From Candidatus Parcubacteria bacterium (lineage in GTDB: Bacteria; Patescibacteriota; Minisyncoccia; 2-02-FULL-40-12; GWA2-44-9): 34,355 nucleotides of DNA. Where the stretch lies: positions 1-34,355 of the forward strand of contig JAIFWG010000001.1 in the NCBI GenBank assembly GCA_019662005.1. The letters are read 5' to 3'. The position numbers and the translations under genes were made by a program. Shown here one piece after another: positions 31,081 through 34,355 of the stretch. How positions within the stretch are numbered: position 1 is the stretch's first letter; each line of letters opens with the position of its first letter. Below the pieces are notes generated by a model. The model searched no databases. It worked only from the letters and a program-made list of their open reading frames with translations, and was not told the DNA's origin.

Positions 31081-31257
31081 TTAGAATCCATGTTCGCTAG
31101 TGTAGTTTTCTGAGCAAGTTTCGTTGCAGAACCATTTCATTCCAGTGGATAGATATTCACCGAGCGAAATAGTCATGCCATCAGAATTGGGTTTAAATTC
31201 TTCGTTGCATTGGTCGCACTTTCTTGAATCTTGTTTCTTTGGTTTACGGTTACGCAT
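31081..31257 (-). CDS. 58-aa zinc-ribbon protein (CxxC...FCNETC), paralogue B
   Basis: ATG 31257 follows AAGGAG. Translation is MRNRKPKKQDSRKCDQCNEEF...KWFCNETCSENYTSEHGF. The start overlaps the upstream stop by 8 nt (ATGCGTAA). Confidence 0.65.
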   Translation of the reverse strand: MRNRKPKKQDSRKCDQCNEEFKPNSDGMTISLGEYLSTGMKWFCNETCSENYTSEHGF

Positions 31258-31426
31258 TTTTAGACTCCTTTTCTGCGGCTTCGTATGCTTCCATATGTTC
31301 AAGGCTGCAAAATTGTGGGAAGGGAAAGCCGTTAATAATCGCAGCGCGTGGCGTACCTTCTTTAACTTCGTGACAGTGAGAACAAGTATAACTTTCTGGT
31401 TTTTTTGCTGTTTTACGTTTAAGCAT
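31250..31426 (-). CDS. 58-aa zinc-ribbon protein (CxxC...FCSLEH), paralogue A
   Basis: ATG 31426 follows GAGGAAAT. Translation is MLKRKTAKKPESYTCSHCHEVKEGTPRAAIINGFPFPQFCSLEHMEAYEAAEKESKNA. Only the last 58 codons of the 163-aa track ORF are credible. Confidence 0.65.
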   Translation of the reverse strand: MLKRKTAKKPESYTCSHCHEVKEGTPRAAIINGFPFPQFCSLEHMEAYEAAEKESKNA

Positions 31427-31459
31427 TTTTATTTCCTCATAGCTAGTTAATATGTAGCG

Positions 31460-31488
31460 ATTGTAAACGCTACGTGTACTAATGTAAA
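31460..31488 (-). promoter_or_regulatory. Sigma70-type promoter of the minus-strand cassette (TTTACA-17-TACAAT) with palindrome over the -10
   Basis: The -35 is at 31488..31483 and the -10 at 31465..31460. GTAGCG (31454-31459) / CGCTAC (31468-31473) brackets the -10. Confidence 0.6.
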
Positions 31489-31511
31489 TAGCATGAGGAA
31501 ATATTTTTAAA

Positions 31512-31545
31512 TACCAAACCATTTTTTTTTGGTAGATTTTTGGTA
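31512..31545. promoter_or_regulatory. TACCAAA / TTTGGTA inverted plus direct repeats around a T9 tract upstream of the terS-like gene
   Basis: TACCAAA is at 31512-31518, the T9 tract at 31522-31530, and TTTGGTA at 31528-31534 and 31539-31545 (11-nt phasing). No good sigma70 promoter is visible here. Confidence 0.4.
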
Positions 31546-31568
31546 ATACATGGCATAGGGAAAATGCA

Positions 31569-32045
31569 ATGCTACAACCAAAGAGGGGCGCCCCCATTGG
31601 GCTTACGAATGAAAAGTTAAAGGAAATTATTAACGCGGTTCCTCGCGTTTTAGTTATCGGCCAGATTGCTGGCTTGTGCTGTACGCCGCGCACGACTTTA
31701 TTGGATTGGCTTAAGCGAGGAGAAAAAGACAATATTGCCAAACAAGATACAATCTTTGCACAATTGTCGTCTGGATATAAACAAGCTTTAGCAATTGAAG
31801 CTGAAAAACTATTAAAAATTCTCAGAAATCCAAACGGTAAAAATAAAGCTTCTTCTCAGTGGCTACTTGAGCGAGTATTCCGTGATGATTTTGGTGTAGA
31901 TAGCGAGAAAATAAAGGAATTATTAGACAAACAGGAGCATTTTAGTAAACTATTAGACCAGATTCTTACCCATCCATTGCAAGGTAAAAAATTATTGAAT
32001 GGCAGTGAAAATATTTGTACTGAAAATGATCAAGCTGCAGAATGA
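31569..32045 (+). CDS. Terminase small subunit-like HTH protein
   Basis: RGAPIGLT.E.L..I...V......IAGLC.TPRTTLLDWLKRGE..........F and SQWLLERVFRDDFG match the pattern I recall for HTH-type small terminases. A transcription-regulator role cannot be excluded. Confidence 0.55.
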   Translation: MLQPKRGAPIGLTNEKLKEIINAVPRVLVIGQIAGLCCTPRTTLLDWLKRGEKDNIAKQDTIFAQLSSGYKQALAIEAEKLLKILRNPNGKNKASSQWLLERVFRDDFGVDSEKIKELLDKQEHFSKLLDQILTHPLQGKKLLNGSENICTENDQAAE

Positions 32046-32093
32046 GCAAGGTTAGCTAATAGTCTTAAGTAATTAAATTATAAGGATTTTAAT

Positions 32094-32495
32094 ATGTCAG
32101 AAGATAACGCAGCAGTACAGGAACAACCGCAAGAACCAGCACCAGCACCAGCACCAGCACCGGAAGTAGATCAAGCAGTAAACCAAGACGCGCAAGACTA
32201 CATGCAGATATTCAAGATCAAGCAGGAAGTCAGGCAGCAATTAGCAAAACTTTATAATAAGTTCATGGAATGCGTTAAGGCCATGCCAGCGCAAGAGAAT
32301 GCACGGGTTGAAGCGTTACGTCACTTTGACACTGGTTTTTTATGGATGGACAAAGCTATCGAAATCGCACCGTTAAACGTCGAGAAAAAAAAAGCAGAGC
32401 CGTTAAACGAGGTTCCTCCGCAGCAAGAAAACGCAAGCGAAAATCAGCCAGAGAAAGCAGAAGGGAAGCCAGAGGATAACGTTCAACCTTCATGA
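32094..32495 (+). CDS. Hypothetical acidic protein with PAPAPAPAP tract (133 aa)
   Basis: AAGGA SD. Low-complexity acidic/Pro-rich termini flank a helical core (ALRHFDTGFLWMDKAIE). Confidence 0.7.
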   Translation: MSEDNAAVQEQPQEPAPAPAPAPEVDQAVNQDAQDYMQIFKIKQEVRQQLAKLYNKFMECVKAMPAQENARVEALRHFDTGFLWMDKAIEIAPLNVEKKKAEPLNEVPPQQENASENQPEKAEGKPEDNVQPS

Positions 32496-32680
32496 TTCCA
32501 CAAGAATACTTCGACAAGGTCAGGAAATACTTTAACGGTGATACCGATAAAACGTGGGTCTGGTTTAAGACCATGAACTCACGTTTTGGAATGTTCACAC
32601 CGTTGGACATGCTTAAACTTGGTCGAGGTGAAAAGGTTAAAAAGGTCATTGATGAAACTTTGAAAGGGAAAACGTTATGA
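32492..32680 (+). CDS. DUF2384-like (Xre/MbcA/ParS antitoxin toxin-binding domain-like) small protein, 62 aa
   Basis: DKTWVWFKTMNSRFGMFTPLDMLKLGRGEKVKKVIDETLKG follows the W...pn..lgg.tPldll....G...V...L motif as recalled. An ATGA overlap links it to the upstream gene. Confidence 0.55.
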   Translation: MIPQEYFDKVRKYFNGDTDKTWVWFKTMNSRFGMFTPLDMLKLGRGEKVKKVIDETLKGKTL

Positions 32681-32838
32681 GCGGCTGCTATCCTTCGAAC
32701 CAGAATATAGATCGTCTCGCTTCACTTGAAAAAACTATCCAAACAATGCAGGAAATATTCAACGCTAAGGAATTTGAATTGCGAAGCCGTGTAATTGAGC
32801 TTGAGCAAATCGTAAAAGGCGCAATTCATGACAGTTGA
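32677..32838 (+). CDS. 53-aa coiled-coil small protein
   Basis: An ATGA overlap links it to the upstream stop. Translation is MSGCYPSNQNIDRLASLEKTIQTMQEIFNAKEFELRSRVIELEQIVKGAIHDS. It falls below the track threshold. Confidence 0.5.
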   Translation: MSGCYPSNQNIDRLASLEKTIQTMQEIFNAKEFELRSRVIELEQIVKGAIHDS

Positions 32839-33064
32839 AAAACGGTTAAGGAAAGATGACCCGCAATCTTACATCATCATGTTGATCTACAAGGAAGCGA
32901 AAAAACACCCGCAGGATGGACAGTGGCGAAAATTTAGGGGCTTAGTCGAACAAGCCGGACATAAATTCAATATCAGTGCAGACTTTTTATTGCGTGGCAG
33001 TACGTTCACCTATAAGGAGCTGGAAGTAAAACCAGCGGATCGGGAAATATTCATTTTAAATTGA
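32828..33064 (+). CDS. Hypothetical protein (78 aa)
   Basis: ORF with an 11-nt overlap on the upstream small ORF. Confidence 0.6.
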   Translation: MTVEKRLRKDDPQSYIIMLIYKEAKKHPQDGQWRKFRGLVEQAGHKFNISADFLLRGSTFTYKELEVKPADREIFILN

Positions 33065-33071
33065 GAACCCT

Positions 33072-33542
33072 ATGAAAATACTTATTGCTTGTGAATATAG
33101 CGGCATCACCAGACGTGCGTTTGAAAAGAAAAATCATGATGTATGGTCATGCGATAAGCGGGAGTCAGAATTATTCAAAGATAAGCACATAGTCGGGGAT
33201 GTGCGGGAAATTCTGGATCAAGACTGGGATATGGTTATAGCCTATCCGCCTTTGATGGACGGTTCTTTGATCCAAGACATAGCAGCCGCACCCGTTGAAA
33301 AGATAGCAATTGAGAATATCGCCCGTTGTTTGCGCCAAGTTAATACTGGACGGGTGCAAATGTTATCGCCAGGCACGTTCGCGCAGCACATAAAAGCCAG
33401 CGCATTATGGTTGAAGAACCTCCCAGACATATCACCGCATGAATCAGCAATCGGGATAGTCTGGAAAAAGCCAGCTTATGACAAACACGATGACAAAACA
33501 GATAATTTGCTGGCGAAAAGGATGGCTGAATTATGGGGTTAG
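33072..33542 (+). CDS. Truncated DNA (cytosine-5) methyltransferase-like protein lacking the catalytic Cys (PPC to PPL)
   Basis: MKILIACEYSG..RRAF....HDVWSCD......H..GDV..IL...WDM.IAYPP- ... IAIEN ... LWLKNLP ... MAELWG parallels a small phage C5-MTase family I recall (ACE.SG, PPC, IENP, LWLKGLP, MAEQWG). The region after PP is shortened, and Cys/Pro are replaced. Confidence 0.55.
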   Translation: MKILIACEYSGITRRAFEKKNHDVWSCDKRESELFKDKHIVGDVREILDQDWDMVIAYPPLMDGSLIQDIAAAPVEKIAIENIARCLRQVNTGRVQMLSPGTFAQHIKASALWLKNLPDISPHESAIGIVWKKPAYDKHDDKTDNLLAKRMAELWG

Positions 33543-33599
33543 AAGGTTCTAGTGTTATCCGGTGATAAATTGTCACCGACTGAATTTTAAGGAATAAAA

Positions 33600-33863
33600 A
33601 TGAATTTTAAATGGGAAAAGATACACACACAAAGAGAAGAAGGGGTTTATTGGTTTTCAACATATAGAGCAAAAATATTTGGTGGTTGGCTTGTAAGGAA
33701 TTTTGATTTAACTAAACAGGACATGAGGGATGGATCATTCGACAAAATAATGTCAACCTCCGAATCATGCGTATTCGTCCCCGACCCTGAGCACAAGTGG
33801 AGTGTTGAAGATGAAGATTGCAAACCATCAACAGAAAAATATCCGGAAGGCTTAAAATTATGA
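33600..33863 (+). CDS. Hypothetical protein (87 aa), cytoplasmic paralogue of the 26835-27116 secreted protein
   Basis: AAGGA SD. It shares the GGWLV(R/K) and FVPD..H.W motifs with the secreted protein. Confidence 0.7.
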   Translation: MNFKWEKIHTQREEGVYWFSTYRAKIFGGWLVRNFDLTKQDMRDGSFDKIMSTSESCVFVPDPEHKWSVEDEDCKPSTEKYPEGLKL

Positions 33864-34213
33864 AACCCTTTGACTTAGCGAAAGCGCTAGCGGGTGAGAA
33901 GGTGATTTGTAGAGATGGGAAAGAAGTAACTGAAATTAAAAAATTTAAAAATGCTTCAAATCCACTTGTATGTTATTTCGAAAAGATAGATTTATTTAGC
34001 ACTCATAATCTGGATGGGAGGCATCCTGATGATAGTCAGCTTGACCTTTTCATGGCACCGACCACGCGCACCTACTGGGCGAATGTTTGCAGGGCAGAGA
34101 ATCATAATATTTATCTTAGTGATATTTACCGACATGAAAAAGAGGTTATTAAAGATAAGGCCACTCATGTAAAAGTAATCAAGACTATTTCATTCGAAAT
34201 TGCGGGGGATTGA
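33860..34213 (+). CDS. Hypothetical protein (117 aa) with FDLAKALAGEKVICRDGKEV N-terminal motif
   Basis: ATGA overlap start at 33860. This N-terminal motif is common in small phage proteins of unknown function. Confidence 0.65.
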   Translation: MKPFDLAKALAGEKVICRDGKEVTEIKKFKNASNPLVCYFEKIDLFSTHNLDGRHPDDSQLDLFMAPTTRTYWANVCRAENHNIYLSDIYRHEKEVIKDKATHVKVIKTISFEIAGD

Positions 34214-34355
34214 ATGCCAATCAGAAAATTTACGGCCGACGATGTAAGTAAAATCATGAATGGTGAGGCGATAACACTCATACCAGCATTGCCCGGGAAA
34301 AGGATATTGCTCAAATCCTTAGAGCCATTGGATTATGAATACATAGATAGCAAGG
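34214..34355 (+). CDS. 5' part of an ORF running off the right edge (47 codons)
   Basis: ATG 34214 lies one nt after the upstream TGA, with GGGGGA upstream. The frame is open to the window end (MPIRKFTADDVSKIMNGEAITLIPALPGKRILLKSLEPLDYEYIDSK...). Confidence 0.4.
   Translation, partial: MPIRKFTADDVSKIMNGEAITLIPALPGKRILLKSLEPLDYEYIDSK

Noticed and set aside
31427-31741. The upstream 105 codons of the 163-aa minus-strand track ORF (31250-31741).
   Set aside because: It would run through the predicted promoter, the T9 tract and the start of the plus-strand terS-like gene. The strong SD plus ATG at 31426, and the paralogy with the next gene, define a 58-aa product.

Overview
The window is a gene-dense slice of a tailed-phage genome, podovirus-type, and nearly all of it is coding. 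No similarity searches were run. All family calls rest on motifs I recognise in the translated ORFs, on gene order, and on signals read directly from the DNA.

Layout:
- (i) 1-3400, plus strand: small accessory genes. These include a tRNA-shaped element, a Lar-type restriction-alleviation protein, DUF551, a DnaQ-like exonuclease and several micro-ORFs.
- (ii) 3400-23550, plus strand: a morphogenesis module in T7-like order. The order is portal, scaffold, capsid, strong terminator, tail tubular A and B, four internal/ejection proteins, a T7-type tail fibre with a collar domain, and terminase large subunit. A second fibre locus and a membrane protein follow.
- (iii) 23650-26480, minus strand: a translationally coupled recombination operon (Sak4-like ATPase, Gp157, DUF669 SSB-like protein).
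- (iv) 26510-26634: a divergent promoter/operator switch.
- (v) 26634-30880, plus strand: two small XRE HTH genes flanking a secreted protein, a replication initiator with five iterons inside its gene, a VRR-NUC nuclease, a GH108 endolysin, a 3TM holin and a bidirectional terminator.
- (vi) 30895-31490, minus strand: a self-contained three-gene cassette.
- (vii) 31569-34355, plus strand: a terS-like gene and small accessory genes. These include an orphan antitoxin-like DUF2384 domain and a cytosine methyltransferase homologue lacking its catalytic Cys.

No integrase, RNA polymerase, DNA polymerase, CRISPR array, reverse transcriptase or spanin pair is visible.

The candidates I rate most worth follow-up are:
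- the opposite-strand zinc-ribbon cassette;
- the roughly 1 kb AT-rich island inside an ejected-protein gene;
- the non-canonical tRNA-like element with phased repeats;
- the TGRG peptide shared by the nozzle protein and a 53-aa ORF;
- the HTH / secreted protein / HTH immunity region.
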